32,000 nt of DNA from Thermosulfurimonas dismutans. GTDB lineage: Bacteria > Desulfobacterota > Thermodesulfobacteria > Thermodesulfobacteriales > Thermodesulfobacteriaceae. Of this stretch, positions 16,599-26,830 are shown piece by piece; the first letter of the stretch is position 1, and each line of letters begins with the position of its first letter. The position numbers and the translations under genes are program-made. The notes under the pieces were generated by a model. The model worked only from the letters and a program-made list of their open reading frames with translations, was not told the origin of the DNA and searched no databases. Location: the NCBI RefSeq assembly GCF_001652585.1, contig NZ_LWLG01000009.1:30001-62000 (forward strand), read 5' to 3'.

Positions 16599-17510
16599 TT
16601 GTCAACACAGGGGTACCTTAACTACAAAAGAATTCCCAAACCCTTGAGGATTCCACGACTTACGGTTGAAATCGGTTTTGGAAACGGAGAGTTCCTAGCC
16701 GCTCTCGCCCGAAGGCATCCCGAACGCAATTTCCTGGGTATAGAGCTTTCCGGGATCTCCATCGAAAAGCTCCTCAAGCGTATTCGCGAGGCCAATCTAA
16801 AGAACCTTTTTTGCGTCCGGCTAGATGCCTACTGGGCCTTCCTACTCCTCTTTGAAAACGAAACCATAGAAACCATTTATATGAACTATCCCGATCCTTG
16901 GTTCAAAAAGCGACACCACAAACGACGCTTAACCCGTCCAGCGAATCTTTATATTTTCGCCCGAAGACTGAAGACCGGAGGGGAAATTCTTATCCGCACA
17001 GATGACCGTCCCTTTCTGGAATACTCTCTTGAAAGCGCCCAAGAGGTAGGAGCTTTTGAGATAAAAGTGGAGACGTTAAAACCCGAGGCCCCACTTACCA
17101 AATATGAGGCTAAGTGGGTGGCGGAGGGAAAAACCCTCTATGTCTTAACCCTCAAGAAGACAAGACCCCCCCGCCATATTCCGCATCCCGTAATAGAGGA
17201 GGTGGAGAACGTGTTTCCGGTAAAGGTCCCCAACATCAAAAATCTTCCAGAGACTCTCCAGAAGACCTTCCGGCCGAGAGAGGGCCTGGTGATAAGAACC
17301 TTCAACGTCTGGGAGAAGGGCGAGGACCGTCTGCTGGAGATCCTGCTTTCCGAAGAGGGGTATCTTCAACGATTCCTGGTCTTCATCAAGAAGAAGCCTA
17401 CGGGCTATCAGATGGATGTTTCGAGTTTCAGCGAGGTTTTGAAGACCCGCGGTCTTCAGGAGGCCCTGGAATTTCTGGCCAAGCAGGTCTCGGCCCAATG
17501 TATTTCCTAG
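16599..17510 (+). CDS. trmB: tRNA (guanine46-N7)-methyltransferase with ~108 aa C-terminal extension
   Basis: TTG start 5 nt after AAAGGAGG. Motifs are VEIGFGNGEFL (SAM binding) and NYPDPWFKKRHHKRRL (TrmB signature). The core ends near residue 195, and residues ~196..303 have no motif I recognise. Confidence 0.88.
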   Translation: MSTQGYLNYKRIPKPLRIPRLTVEIGFGNGEFLAALARRHPERNFLGIELSGISIEKLLKRIREANLKNLFCVRLDAYWAFLLLFENETIETIYMNYPDPWFKKRHHKRRLTRPANLYIFARRLKTGGEILIRTDDRPFLEYSLESAQEVGAFEIKVETLKPEAPLTKYEAKWVAEGKTLYVLTLKKTRPPRHIPHPVIEEVENVFPVKVPNIKNLPETLQKTFRPREGLVIRTFNVWEKGEDRLLEILLSEEGYLQRFLVFIKKKPTGYQMDVSSFSEVLKTRGLQEALEFLAKQVSAQCIS

Positions 17511-17920
17511 GGGTGGATCTTGCCGGAGAGGCCAACACCTGGGCGGTAGCTCTGAGGAAAGAAGATGCAGCCCGAAACTGGGTGGTTTCCTATCACGGAC
17601 TCCAGGCTGTGCCCGTGCGGGGGAAGATCCTGGCCGAAGCCCTCTCTCCGGTGGTGGAGACCATCCTTGAAACCCACCCCCGGGTCTCCCTCTATTTTTG
17701 CCTACAGGAGGAGATGAAAGACCTTGTCTTTCTTTATAAGCCTCGAAGAAACCTCTCTGCCGATCTTAGGAAGGAGGCTTGCCGCTCGACTCTTTCATCT
17801 CGCCCCGGAGCATCTGATCTTCTTTTCCAAAAAAGCCTCCGGAATCTTCGGTCGCGGACCTTTTTTGGTTATCAAAAGCCTACCAGGAAAGGGTTAAGGC
17901 TACCACAAGCGGAAGGGTAA
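17498..17920 (+). CDS. hypothetical protein, possibly a decayed or frameshifted gene
   Basis: ATG 17498 overlaps the trmB stop. The first ~75 aa look protein-like (MYFLGVDLAGEANTWAVAL..., reminiscent of RNase H-fold / ASKHA N-termini). The last ~60 aa are Arg/Ser-rich junk-like sequence. A different frame (about 17718..17895) reads more protein-like (ISLEETSLPILGRRLAARLFHLAPEHLIFFSKKASGIFG). Confidence 0.3.
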   Translation: MYFLGVDLAGEANTWAVALRKEDAARNWVVSYHGLQAVPVRGKILAEALSPVVETILETHPRVSLYFCLQEEMKDLVFLYKPRRNLSADLRKEACRSTLSSRPGASDLLFQKSLRNLRSRTFFGYQKPTRKGLRLPQAEG

Positions 17921-18398
17921 AGTTGTCATTTACTCGGGGAAGCCTTTCGACAAGGGTCCAACTAAGAACCTTCAGGATATTTAGCGGATCGAGGGGATAG
18001 CCAAAGACCAATAAAATAGCGAGCCCACAAAGGAAAAGGACCACACTTCGGCCTCTGATAAGCAACCCCGCTACGGCATCTCCTACAGCTAGCACCCAGA
18101 GACCCACCAGCGCCGCTTCAAGAGGAAACATCAAGAAAGCCAGCCCCACCCCCCAGAAGTAATAAAAAGCCCCCGAAAACCGCCTTTCCTCCCCGGAGCG
18201 CATGAGTCTACCAAATAAGCGATTTAAAATAGAAAATCGTCCTGAAATCCGCAGAACTTCAACAGTCGTAATCGATACGAGAATAATAACCCAAAAAATC
18301 TCTTGCCACGCCTCCAGCCAGAGGACCAAGGGATGAAGGGCCAGGCCCGAGAGGTGAAAAAGTTTGCGCGGAAGCTCGCGTCTTAGGTTTACTCCCAC
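17880..18398 (-). CDS. integral membrane protein, CTP-dependent polyprenol/dolichol/phytol kinase-like (CdsA superfamily, COG0170-like)
   Basis: 172 aa with 5-6 TM helices. The N-terminal [11 protein letters not shown] and [13 protein letters not shown] motifs resemble the RK.hH and GD..A..hG signatures of this family. It is shorter than typical members. Confidence 0.45.
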   Translation of the reverse strand: MGVNLRRELPRKLFHLSGLALHPLVLWLEAWQEIFWVIILVSITTVEVLRISGRFSILNRLFGRLMRSGEERRFSGAFYYFWGVGLAFLMFPLEAALVGLWVLAVGDAVAGLLIRGRSVVLFLCGLAILLVFGYPLDPLNILKVLSWTLVERLPRVNDNFTLPLVVALTLSW

Positions 18399-19939
18399 TC
18401 GATGGTCGCCGGAGGTTTGGAGGAAATGTCATAGACCACGCGGTTTACTCCCTGAACCTCGTTTATGATGCGGTTTGAGAGTCGGGCGAGAAGCTCATAA
18501 GGGAGTCTCACCCAATCTGCGGTCATGGCGTCCTGGCTTTCCACACATCGAATGGCAATCACGTGTTCATAGGTTCGGTAATCACCCATGACTCCGACCG
18601 TCTTCACCGGCACCAAGACCGCAAAGCTCTGCCATACTTTGTAGTACCAGCCGCTTTTCAGCATCTCCTCCGTAACGATGGCATCCGCCTCCCGCAGGAT
18701 GCGAAGCCGCTCCTCAGTAACTTCTCCCAAGATTCTTATGGCTAGACCCGGCCCTGGGAAGGGCTGCCGCCATATCACTTTCTTAGGAAGCCCAAGTTCA
18801 CGGGCAATCTCACGGACCTCATCCTTAAAAAGCTCTCGCAGGGGTTCTATAAGTTTGAGCTGCATCCGCTCGGGAAGACCGCCTACATTGTGGTGGGTTT
18901 TAATAGTAGCCGAAGGGCCACGAAAAGAGACGCTCTCGATGACATCCGGATAAAGGGTCCCCTGAGCCAGCCACTTTACATTTCCGATTTTCCGGGCCTC
19001 CTCCTCAAAGACCTCGATAAAGGTATATCCAATGATACGACGCTTTTTCTCTGGATCAGTAACTCCTTGGAGTCTTTCCAGGAAACGCTGGGAGGCATCC
19101 ACATAGTGCACCTTGAGCCCCAGCCCTTCCATGAGAGAAAGTACCTCCTCGGGCTCATTCTTGCGGAGTACCCCATTATTCACAAAAATGGGCACCAGTC
19201 GATCCCCGATGGCCCGATGGACTAGAAGGGCCGTAACCGTGGAGTCTATGCCCCCCGAAAGGGCACAAACCACCCGATCCTCCGAAGACACCATCTCCCG
19301 GATCTCGCGCACGGTGGTCTCGATAAAGGACTCCATGGTCCAGGTGGGTTCACAACCGCAGATCCGGAAGACAAAATTGGAGAGGACCTCCCGGCCAATC
19401 TCGGTATGCACCACCTCGGGATGAAACTGGACTCCGAAAAGTGGCCTTTCCTTATGCCGCATAGCGGCATAAGGCGAGTTCTCGCTCTCCGCAATAGATA
19501 TAAAATCCGGAGGCAGGACTTCGATACGGTCACCGTGACTCATCCAGACCCGGTACTTCCGATTGGAATCAAGACCGTAGAAAAGATCTTCTGTAGAAAG
19601 GACTCTGAGTTCAGCCGGACCATACTCCCTCTTGAAGCTCCTTTCAACCAGGCCCCCCAAGAGATGGGCCATGAGCTGCATCCCATAACAAATCCCAAGG
19701 ACCGGAATCCCCATATCGAAAATCTCCACCGGGATCCGCGGAGCCTCCTCATCGTATACACTCGCCGGCCCTCCGGAAAGGATAATCCCCTTGGGACCGA
19801 AGGCTCGAATTTCATCGAGACTCACCGTGCAGGGACGGATCTCGCTGTAAACGTTAAACTCCCGCACACGCCTGGCAATAAGCTGCGTGGTTTGAGAGCC
19901 AAAATCCAGAATCAAAATGGCATCCTTGGTCTTCATCAT
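18389..19939 (-). CDS. guaA: GMP synthase (glutamine-hydrolysing)
   Basis: 516 aa. It has the GATase domain ([12 protein letters not shown]), the ATP-PPase P-loop [10 protein letters not shown], and the invariant C-terminus [11 protein letters not shown]. Confidence 0.97.
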   Translation of the reverse strand: MMKTKDAILILDFGSQTTQLIARRVREFNVYSEIRPCTVSLDEIRAFGPKGIILSGGPASVYDEEAPRIPVEIFDMGIPVLGICYGMQLMAHLLGGLVERSFKREYGPAELRVLSTEDLFYGLDSNRKYRVWMSHGDRIEVLPPDFISIAESENSPYAAMRHKERPLFGVQFHPEVVHTEIGREVLSNFVFRICGCEPTWTMESFIETTVREIREMVSSEDRVVCALSGGIDSTVTALLVHRAIGDRLVPIFVNNGVLRKNEPEEVLSLMEGLGLKVHYVDASQRFLERLQGVTDPEKKRRIIGYTFIEVFEEEARKIGNVKWLAQGTLYPDVIESVSFRGPSATIKTHHNVGGLPERMQLKLIEPLRELFKDEVREIARELGLPKKVIWRQPFPGPGLAIRILGEVTEERLRILREADAIVTEEMLKSGWYYKVWQSFAVLVPVKTVGVMGDYRTYEHVIAIRCVESQDAMTADWVRLPYELLARLSNRIINEVQGVNRVVYDISSKPPATIEWE

Positions 19940-20430
19940 AACCTTTCCTTCCTACGCCCTTTCCTTAGAAGCAAAACAGCCACTACCAAAGCCAAGATCA
20001 GAAGTCCCACAATTGCCATTTCTATGAGATAGTATTTGACACGTTCGACCTCAAGTTTGCCACCATGCGAGATTTCAAAGGCCACCAAGAGCAATCTCCG
20101 GACCAGAGCTATAATGGCTACCATTAAAAAGGGCTCAATACATTGAAGATGGTACTCCTCTCCAAAAACGATCTGTACGGTATAAAGGATTTCCAGGAAC
20201 ATAAGAGCGATAAGGAAACGGTCGATCACCTTTAAAATGCCTAGGGCAAAATCCTCATACTCAAAGGCCCGGAAAAGGGCGTGAAAGCCATCGTAGATCA
20301 CCTCAGCGGTGGCAAAAATAATGCCTATGGCCACTAGAATATAGAGGAGACGCTCTACTTTAAGGAAGGTATCTTGAAACCAGATATCAGCTAGGGAACG
20401 CCTCTTAGGATTTTTGGTTTTCTCTACCAT
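19936..20430 (-). CDS. PsiE-family (phosphate-starvation-inducible E-like) membrane protein
   Basis: 164 aa with four TM helices. The pattern [17 protein letters not shown]...[12 protein letters not shown] resembles PsiE family members. Confidence 0.5.
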   Translation of the reverse strand: MVEKTKNPKRRSLADIWFQDTFLKVERLLYILVAIGIIFATAEVIYDGFHALFRAFEYEDFALGILKVIDRFLIALMFLEILYTVQIVFGEEYHLQCIEPFLMVAIIALVRRLLLVAFEISHGGKLEVERVKYYLIEMAIVGLLILALVVAVLLLRKGRRKERL

Positions 20431-20433
20431 AGA

Positions 20434-21006
20434 TTAATTTTTGATCAAATCTCGACGGTTGTAAAGGGTCATAGCCTTTTCCAAACCTTCTGAGAAAATC
20501 ACCTCTATAGCCTCCACCCCAGCCTCTATCACCTTTTCCGCCAAGGGCCATTCCTCAGGTCCGAACTCTGAAAGTACATAATCCTTTACTGATACCCCCT
20601 TCAGAGGACGACCGATGCCGAGTTTCATACGAGGAAAGGCTTCCGTTCCTAAGGCTGAAATAATTGAAAGCACTCCCCGGTGGCCTCCGGCTCCCCCTTT
20701 GGGAACGAGCTTTAATCTTCCGAGGGGGAGATCCAGATCGTCGTGCACCACCAGAATTCTCTCCGGCGATACGGAAAGCTCCCGAGCCGCCGGCAGAACC
20801 GCCTCCCCTGAAAGATTCATATAGGTAAGAGGTAATAGAAGATAAGCTTTGCCAGGAAGCTCGGCCATCATCGCCTTTCCTGAAAGGGCTTCAAAAAATT
20901 TAAGGCCTTGGCTTTCCGCCAAGGCCGAAACGACTAACCACCCCAAATTATGCCGCGTACGGAGAAAACGTGGGCCGGGGTTTCCCAGCCCCACCAGAAG
21001 CCACAT
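20434..21006 (-). CDS. pth: peptidyl-tRNA hydrolase
   Basis: 190 aa. Motifs are LVGLGNPGPRFLRTRHNLGW, VVHDDLDLPLGRLKL and GGHRG. Confidence 0.96.
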   Translation of the reverse strand: MWLLVGLGNPGPRFLRTRHNLGWLVVSALAESQGLKFFEALSGKAMMAELPGKAYLLLPLTYMNLSGEAVLPAARELSVSPERILVVHDDLDLPLGRLKLVPKGGAGGHRGVLSIISALGTEAFPRMKLGIGRPLKGVSVKDYVLSEFGPEEWPLAEKVIEAGVEAIEVIFSEGLEKAMTLYNRRDLIKN

Positions 21007-21009
21007 AGC

Positions 21010-21621
21010 TTACGCCGCAGATTCGCCCTCGGTCTCCTCTCCCCCCTCGCTCTCAGCCTCAACTTCTATGATGGTGACCACGGGCTCATCAGGATCTTCC
21101 ACAAATTTCATGCCTTCAGGCGGGGTGAGATCGCGAACATGCAGGGTATCACCTATATCGAGCTCGGTCACATCCACCTCGATGCTATCCGGAATCTGGT
21201 TCGGAAGGCAGGAGACCGTAATCTCCCTCATAATAAGCTCAAGGAGTCCACCCTTTTCCACACCTTTGGCCTTGCCTACCACCTTGATAGGCACATCCAC
21301 TTCCACGGGCCTATCCATCCGAATCTCATAAAAGTCGGCATGGATAATTTCGTCCGTAACAGGGTGGTATTGAAGCTCTTTGATGAGGGCCATCCGCTGA
21401 GAGGTATTTCCGTTGTCCACCACCGTCAAATTGAATATCAATGACTCGCCACGGTGGCGCTGCAAAATCCTCTTGAGCTCATTTACCTTGGCCGCAAGAG
21501 GCAAGGGGTCGGTTTGAGGCCCATAAAGGATGGCCGGTATAAGCCCCTGACGCCGAAGTTTTTTGGCCATCTCCTTGCCGGTCTTTTTCCTGACCTCCAC
21601 GGTAAAAGGAACCTGTTTCAT
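21010..21621 (-). CDS. rplY: 50S ribosomal protein L25 / general stress protein Ctc (long form)
   Basis: 203 aa. Motifs are RRQGLIPAILYG, HPVTDEIIHADF and an acidic C-terminal tail. It sits in the conserved prs-rplY-pth context. Confidence 0.93.
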   Translation of the reverse strand: MKQVPFTVEVRKKTGKEMAKKLRRQGLIPAILYGPQTDPLPLAAKVNELKRILQRHRGESLIFNLTVVDNGNTSQRMALIKELQYHPVTDEIIHADFYEIRMDRPVEVDVPIKVVGKAKGVEKGGLLELIMREITVSCLPNQIPDSIEVDVTELDIGDTLHVRDLTPPEGMKFVEDPDEPVVTIIEVEAESEGGEETEGESAA

Positions 21622-21647
21622 GATTCAAAACCCCCTTCTTCCAAAGA

Positions 21648-22595
21648 TTAAACAAAAAGCGAACTCACCGAATCGTCGGCATGAATCCTTCTTATAGCCT
21701 CTCCAAGTAGTTTGGCCACCGAAAGAACTTCGATCTTTTTAATATCTTTGACCTCCTCCCGCAAGGGGATGGTGTCAGTAACCACCAAGGATTTTAGAAC
21801 CGAATTCTTTATCCGCTCTGGAGCCGGGCCAGAAAGCACCGGATGGGTAGCCATACCGTGGACCTCCTTGGCCCCTTGATCCTTAATGGCTTTGGCCGCC
21901 TGGCACATAGTGCCCGCGGTATCCACCATGTCGTCCAAAATAATAGCCACTTTGCCCTTTACATCCCCTACCACATGCATAACCTCGCTCTCGTTGGGAC
22001 GGAGACGACGTTTGTCCACGATGGCGATACCGGCTCCGAGTCTCTTGGCATAGGCCCGGGCCCTCTCCACACCTCCGGCATCTGGAGACACGATTACCAG
22101 TTCCTCATCTCGGAAGGTCTCCTTGAGATAATCCAGGAGAACCGGGGCCGCAAAAAGATGATCTACCGGGATATCAAAGAATCCCTGGATTTGGCCGGCG
22201 TGAAGGTCCATAGTAAGGACCCTCCTCGCCCCGGCTACGGTGAGAAGATTGGCCACCAGCTTGGCGGTAATGGGGGTTCTGGGCGCAGTCTTCCGATCCT
22301 GACGGGCGTAACCATAATAGGGCATAACGGCAGTAATACGCCTGGCTGAGGCCCTCCTTAAGGCATCAATGATGATGAGAAGCTCCATCAAATGTTCGTT
22401 TACTGGGGGGCAGGTGGACTGGATCACGAAAACATCCGCCCCTCGGACATTTTCCTTGATCTCCACAAAAATTTCGCCATCACTGAACCGTCTGATCTCC
22501 ATGTGTCCCAAAGGGACCGCTAGATATTCGCAGATCTTTTTGGCTAGTTCCGGATTAGAGTTCCCGCTAAAGATCTTCATGTGATTGATAAACAT
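21648..22595 (-). CDS. prs: ribose-phosphate pyrophosphokinase
   Basis: 315 aa. Motifs are [22 protein letters not shown] and [11 protein letters not shown]. Start 22595 is supported by GGGAGGGAG 6 nt upstream. Confidence 0.96.
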   Translation of the reverse strand: MFINHMKIFSGNSNPELAKKICEYLAVPLGHMEIRRFSDGEIFVEIKENVRGADVFVIQSTCPPVNEHLMELLIIIDALRRASARRITAVMPYYGYARQDRKTAPRTPITAKLVANLLTVAGARRVLTMDLHAGQIQGFFDIPVDHLFAAPVLLDYLKETFRDEELVIVSPDAGGVERARAYAKRLGAGIAIVDKRRLRPNESEVMHVVGDVKGKVAIILDDMVDTAGTMCQAAKAIKDQGAKEVHGMATHPVLSGPAPERIKNSVLKSLVVTDTIPLREEVKDIKKIEVLSVAKLLGEAIRRIHADDSVSSLFV

Positions 22596-23425
22596 GTCTC
22601 TCCCTCCCGAAAGTTCCTCGCCACCAAAACTTGGTAATCTTTAAATCTCTCTCGGAGCCTTTCGGCGGCCCTTTCGGCCAGGCCCTGTTCTTCAAAGACT
22701 CCGAAAAGGGCCGACCCACTACCAGAAAGCCCAGCCTTCAGGGCCCCAGCATCATAAAGAGCGGCCTCGACCACCGAAAGCTCCGGATATTTCTCAAAAA
22801 CTAGGTCCTTAAAGTCGTTCACCAAGGATTTATCCCAAGAAAAATTTTCCGGCCCATTAATAAGCGGGGTTTCCCTTTTTGTCAATCTCAAATTTCGATA
22901 GGCCCAGGCCGTAGATATTCGAAAGGGTGGTACTACGACCACATACCATGCCGGAAGCGTTGGCCACGGCGAAAGGCGATCCCCGATCCCCTCCCCGAGG
23001 GCGGTACTATAAGAGGACAAAAAGAACGGCACATCCGCCCCGAGCGACCTTCCGACCTCAAAAAGTTCGGCCTCTGAAAGGTGTCCAGGATAGAGCTTTG
23101 AAAGCCCTTTGAGCACCGCAGCCGCGTCGCTGCTTGCCCCACCAAGACCTGTTCCCGCAGGAATGCGCTTTTTAAGCCGGATGAAGACCCCACCCTTAAT
23201 AGCCGCCCGCTCAAGAAAAATCTCGGCCGCTCTAAAACAGAGGTTCTCGCGCCCCGGAGGGGCTTCTCCAGAAACCTCAAGAGTGATTCCCGTGGCCTTT
23301 TCCAGATGGACCTCGTCGCAAAGGCTAATCTTTTGGAAAAGAGTGAGAAGATCGTGATAGCCATCCGGCCTTCGGCCAAGGACATAGAGAAAAAGATTGA
23401 GCTTGGCCGGAGCTTCTATCTTCAT
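22577..23425 (-). CDS. ispE: 4-diphosphocytidyl-2-C-methyl-D-erythritol kinase
   Basis: 282 aa. It starts [20 protein letters not shown] and carries the GHMP kinase motif [16 protein letters not shown]. Confidence 0.95.
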   Translation of the reverse strand: MKIEAPAKLNLFLYVLGRRPDGYHDLLTLFQKISLCDEVHLEKATGITLEVSGEAPPGRENLCFRAAEIFLERAAIKGGVFIRLKKRIPAGTGLGGASSDAAAVLKGLSKLYPGHLSEAELFEVGRSLGADVPFFLSSYSTALGEGIGDRLSPWPTLPAWYVVVVPPFRISTAWAYRNLRLTKRETPLINGPENFSWDKSLVNDFKDLVFEKYPELSVVEAALYDAGALKAGLSGSGSALFGVFEEQGLAERAAERLRERFKDYQVLVARNFREGETCLSIT

Positions 23426-23694
23426 GAAGTCAATTTAATGTAGCGCATCCGCAATTCGTAAAGGACACTTTCGAGAAGTTGTTCTTCCTCCTTAGTGAGA
23501 TTACCCTTGGTTTTTTCCTTGAGCATATCTAGGGTATCAATAGTATGTCGGGCCAGGGCCAGGTTCACGCTCTTTTCGTTGGTCTCGGGATTGGGAAGCT
23601 CCCCCAAGTGGATGAGAGCGGCGGTATTAAGCGAAAGAATGAAAGTACTAAAAGTGACCGGTGGAAGAAAGGCCTCCTCCTTTTGTTTGGTCAT
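23422..23694 (-). CDS. DUF1844 domain protein
   Basis: 90 aa. FSTFILSLNTAALIHLGELPNPETNEK...LARHTIDTLDMLKEKTKGNLTKEEEQLL matches the DUF1844 pattern as I remember it. An ATGA overlap couples it to ispE. Confidence 0.7.
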   Translation of the reverse strand: MTKQKEEAFLPPVTFSTFILSLNTAALIHLGELPNPETNEKSVNLALARHTIDTLDMLKEKTKGNLTKEEEQLLESVLYELRMRYIKLTS

Positions 23695-23703
23695 AACCGC
23701 CTC

Positions 23704-24066
23704 CTACTTTTTCTTTTTGATTACCACTTCCGTACGACTGACATAACCCCCTTTGACCGGCTTCCTCTCGGAGAGGGAGTCATGGAGTCTCTTCACGGCA
23801 TCGGTCTTGACATATTCTTTAGCCATAGAAAGAAAGCGCCTAGCATCTTTAACTTTGCCGTCTATAAGATAATCCCGAGCCCTTTTGAGGACGGCCCTTT
23901 CCCTTTCCGCCCGGAAATCGGAAGCGTCCTGAAAACCAAAAATAGAAGGGAGCTTAAAGACCCTCTTTTCCCCGCAGCGGGGACAGGGAGGAAACTCTTC
24001 CTCCATTTTCATCAACTTTTCAAAAATCTCCCCACATACCTCACACCGAAACTCGTAGATGGGCAT
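23704..24066 (-). CDS. FmdB-family zinc-ribbon protein with C-terminal extension
   Basis: The canonical family start is MPIYEFRCEVCGEIFE...CPRCGEKRVFKL (CxxC-N-CxxC). I prefer ATG 24066 to the TTG at 24078 in the ORF track. Confidence 0.75.
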   Translation of the reverse strand: MPIYEFRCEVCGEIFEKLMKMEEEFPPCPRCGEKRVFKLPSIFGFQDASDFRAERERAVLKRARDYLIDGKVKDARRFLSMAKEYVKTDAVKRLHDSLSERKPVKGGYVSRTEVVIKKKK

Positions 24067-24139
24067 AAGAGCTTCCAATAAAATTGGTTTTGTGTTAGAA
24101 ATTTTAACACCCCTTTAGATTATACCAAGAGGTTAACAA

Positions 24140-25150
24140 ATGGCGATTGCAGCGCTGGATTGTGAGGGTCCCATTACCCTAAATGATAATGCTTACGAGT
24201 TTACCGAGATCTTGATTCCAGACGGAGGTGACTTTTTCGCCCGCGTATCGCGTTATGACGATTATCTGGCAGACGTGGAGAAGCGTCCCGGATACAAGGC
24301 CGGAGACACCTTAAAGTTGATTCTTCCCTTTCTCAAGGCCTTCGGGGCGGACAACCGCAAACTTCGAGAGTTTTCCCGGAAAACGCTCAGGGTTCTTCCC
24401 CGAGCGGTGGAGACCCTGAAGGCTTTAAACAGCCTTATCCCAACCTTCATTATCAGCACCAGTTACCGGCCCTATCTTGAGGCCTTGTGCGAGGTGGCAG
24501 GTTTTCCCATAGAGCGGGTTTTCTGCACAGAGGTGGACTTTGAGGCCGTAAGGCTCTCCCAAGCTGAAGAAAAGGAACTTCAGACTCTTGCCCGTAAGAT
24601 CTTAGAGCTTCCAATAATCGAGATCCCCGAAGGAGCCCGGGGCTTAGAGGATCTTCCTCCAGAATCCCGTAAGGCCGTCGAGCGACTAGAGGAGATCTTC
24701 TGGAAAAAACTCCCCGAAATGGAAGCCGGACGATTTCTTACAGAAGTTAATCCTGTAGGAGGCCAGGAAAAGGCCCGGGCGGTGGAGATCGCCTGCAAGG
24801 AGATCGGGACTCCGCCCTCAGAGGTCCTTTACATCGGAGACAGCATCACAGACGTGGAGGCCCTTTTCCTTGTACGTGAAGCCGGAGGGGGAGCGGTGGC
24901 CTTTAACGCCAACCGCTATGCCCTGCGGGCCGCAGAGTTTTTCGTGCTCTCGGAGACCGCCGAGCCTCACGAGATCCTGGCCCGAAACTTTCTTGCCCGG
25001 GGAAAAGAGGGCCTTCACGAACTGAGCCTAAACGAACGCACTCGATCTTTTATTTTCGGCAGGCTTGAGGAGTTGAGTCCTGAGCTCATCAAACGTAGTG
25101 AAACCTTCCGTAAGAATGTACGTGGAGAGGCCATCGGAGCCCTTGGATGA
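24140..25150 (+). CDS. HAD-superfamily fold protein, EhaR-like, with variant motif I (DxE)
   Basis: 336 aa. Motif I is AALDCEGPIT (D-C-E instead of DxD), motif II is TFIISTS, and motif IV is YIGDSITDVEAL. The overall N-terminal pattern (DCEGPI.LNDNA.E) recalls proteins annotated as energy-converting hydrogenase subunit R. That is an unverified recollection. Confidence 0.6.
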   Translation: MAIAALDCEGPITLNDNAYEFTEILIPDGGDFFARVSRYDDYLADVEKRPGYKAGDTLKLILPFLKAFGADNRKLREFSRKTLRVLPRAVETLKALNSLIPTFIISTSYRPYLEALCEVAGFPIERVFCTEVDFEAVRLSQAEEKELQTLARKILELPIIEIPEGARGLEDLPPESRKAVERLEEIFWKKLPEMEAGRFLTEVNPVGGQEKARAVEIACKEIGTPPSEVLYIGDSITDVEALFLVREAGGGAVAFNANRYALRAAEFFVLSETAEPHEILARNFLARGKEGLHELSLNERTRSFIFGRLEELSPELIKRSETFRKNVRGEAIGALG

Positions 25151-25893
25151 TACCCCTACAGGATATCCTTCCTAGACGCACGGTTCCCCTGGTTACTTGG
25201 GGCCTCATTGCGGTGAACACGCTGGTTTTCCTGTTTGAAATTGCTCTTCCTCAACCTCAAAGGGAACTCCTTTTTCACTATCTCGGCCTCATCCCTGCCC
25301 GCATCACTGATCCCGAATGGGCAAAGCTTCACGGCTTCCCGCCCGGGGCCTATCTTACCTTTTTCACCCATCTCTTTTTACACGGCGGCTGGGTCCATTT
25401 TCTGGGTAATATGTGGACTTTATGGATCTTCGGAGACAACGTAGAAGATCGACTGGGACATGTGCGATTCCTTTTCTTCTATCTCTTTTGCGGAATAGCC
25501 GCGGCCTTGGTTCACATTTATATCCATCCCCTTTCGACGGTACCCACCATCGGAGCCTCGGGGGCCATTTCCGGAGTACTGGGGGCCTACTTAGTAATGT
25601 TTCCTCTTGCCCGGGTGATTGTCATGGTGCCCATCTTCATCATTCCCTTCTTTTTTGAAATTCCGGCCATTGTATATCTCGGCTACTGGTACCTGATTCA
25701 AATATTTTCCGGCACCCTTTCTCTGGCCCTACCTGGAGAAGTAGGGGGCGTGGCCTGGTGGGCCCATGTGGGCGGTTTCCTTGCTGGAGTGCTTACCCAT
25801 CGGCTTTTCTATCAAAAGAGACGTTCTTATTTCAAAGATGAAGAGGTCCCCTGGGGGGCGGTTATCTCCTATATTGATCGCATAAACCGTTAG
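25147..25893 (+). CDS. rhomboid-family intramembrane serine protease
   Basis: 248 aa with 6 TM helices. Motifs are HLFLHGGWVHFLGNM, the catalytic GASGAISGVLGAY and AHVGGFLAG. An ATGA overlap couples it to the upstream gene. Confidence 0.92.
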   Translation: MIPLQDILPRRTVPLVTWGLIAVNTLVFLFEIALPQPQRELLFHYLGLIPARITDPEWAKLHGFPPGAYLTFFTHLFLHGGWVHFLGNMWTLWIFGDNVEDRLGHVRFLFFYLFCGIAAALVHIYIHPLSTVPTIGASGAISGVLGAYLVMFPLARVIVMVPIFIIPFFFEIPAIVYLGYWYLIQIFSGTLSLALPGEVGGVAWWAHVGGFLAGVLTHRLFYQKRRSYFKDEEVPWGAVISYIDRINR

Positions 25894-25904
25894 GGAGGTC
25901 ACTC

Positions 25905-26774
25905 ATGTCGGGTTTTGATGTCCTTTGGTTCTTTTTCATCCTTATGGCCCTGCAGCCAGTTCTGCGTCAAAGGTTGCTTGAAGCTGCCCGTCAGCGCATG
26001 ATCGCCAAAATCGAAAAGATGAGAGGCTCGCGGGTCATCCTTCTTGTCCACCGACAAGAGACCATGAGCCTTCTAGGTTTCCCCATCATGCGCTTTATAG
26101 ACATAAACGATTCGGAACAGGTCATCCGGGCCATTCACATGACAGACCCAGATGTGCCTATTGATATCATTCTTCACACTCCGGGAGGGCTTGTGCTGGC
26201 AGCCTTACAGATTGCCCGGGCGGTAAAGAAACATCCCGCCAAGGTCACGGCCTTCGTCCCCCATTACGCCATGAGTGGTGGCACGCTCATCGCCCTTGCG
26301 GCCGATGAAATTGTGATGGATGAGCATGCCGTGCTCGGTCCGGTAGACCCCCAATTGGGCCAGTTTCCCGCAGCCTCCATCCTTCGCGTGGCTCGGGAAA
26401 AGCCATTAGAGCACGTGGACGACCAGACCCTCATCATGGCTGATATGGCCGAGAAGGCCTTGCGTCAAATGAAGGAGAATCTACGAGACCTTCTTTCCGA
26501 CCGCTATCCTCCAGAAAAGGCCGAGGAACTCGCGGAAGTCCTCTCCCAGGGACACTGGACTCACGATTATCCCATAACCTTTGAAGAGGCCAAAAAACTC
26601 GGACTCCCGGTTAAAACAGACCTACCCCACGAAATTTATCAACTCATGAGTCTCTTTCCTCAACCGGTAAGGCAGATCCCATCAGTAGAATACACGCCTG
26701 TTCCCCGAAAGGCTCCAGCCGGAAGCCAGAATCATAAATCCACATTTTCGCTCCTACGCACCCTTTTTCATTGA
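25905..26774 (+). CDS. membrane-anchored SDH-family (ClpP/crotonase-fold, S49-like) serine protease
   Basis: 289 aa. It has an N-terminal TM helix and IILHTPGGLVLAALQIARAV...VPHYAMSGGTLIALAADEIVMDEHAVLGPVDPQ, typical of the serine dehydrogenase proteinase family. A GGAGG SD is present. Confidence 0.8.
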   Translation: MSGFDVLWFFFILMALQPVLRQRLLEAARQRMIAKIEKMRGSRVILLVHRQETMSLLGFPIMRFIDINDSEQVIRAIHMTDPDVPIDIILHTPGGLVLAALQIARAVKKHPAKVTAFVPHYAMSGGTLIALAADEIVMDEHAVLGPVDPQLGQFPAASILRVAREKPLEHVDDQTLIMADMAEKALRQMKENLRDLLSDRYPPEKAEELAEVLSQGHWTHDYPITFEEAKKLGLPVKTDLPHEIYQLMSLFPQPVRQIPSVEYTPVPRKAPAGSQNHKSTFSLLRTLFH

Positions 26775-26830
26775 CCGGAGACCGATCGAGAGCTAACTTT
26801 TCGAAAAGTTCCCTCAAGAGGAGGTGAAGA

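Noticed and set aside
17114-17497. The 5' half of the 268 aa ORF 17114..17920.
   Set aside because: This part overlaps trmB in another frame and reads as Gly/Pro/Arg-rich nonsense. Only the portion downstream of ATG 17498 could be a separate gene, and even that is doubtful.
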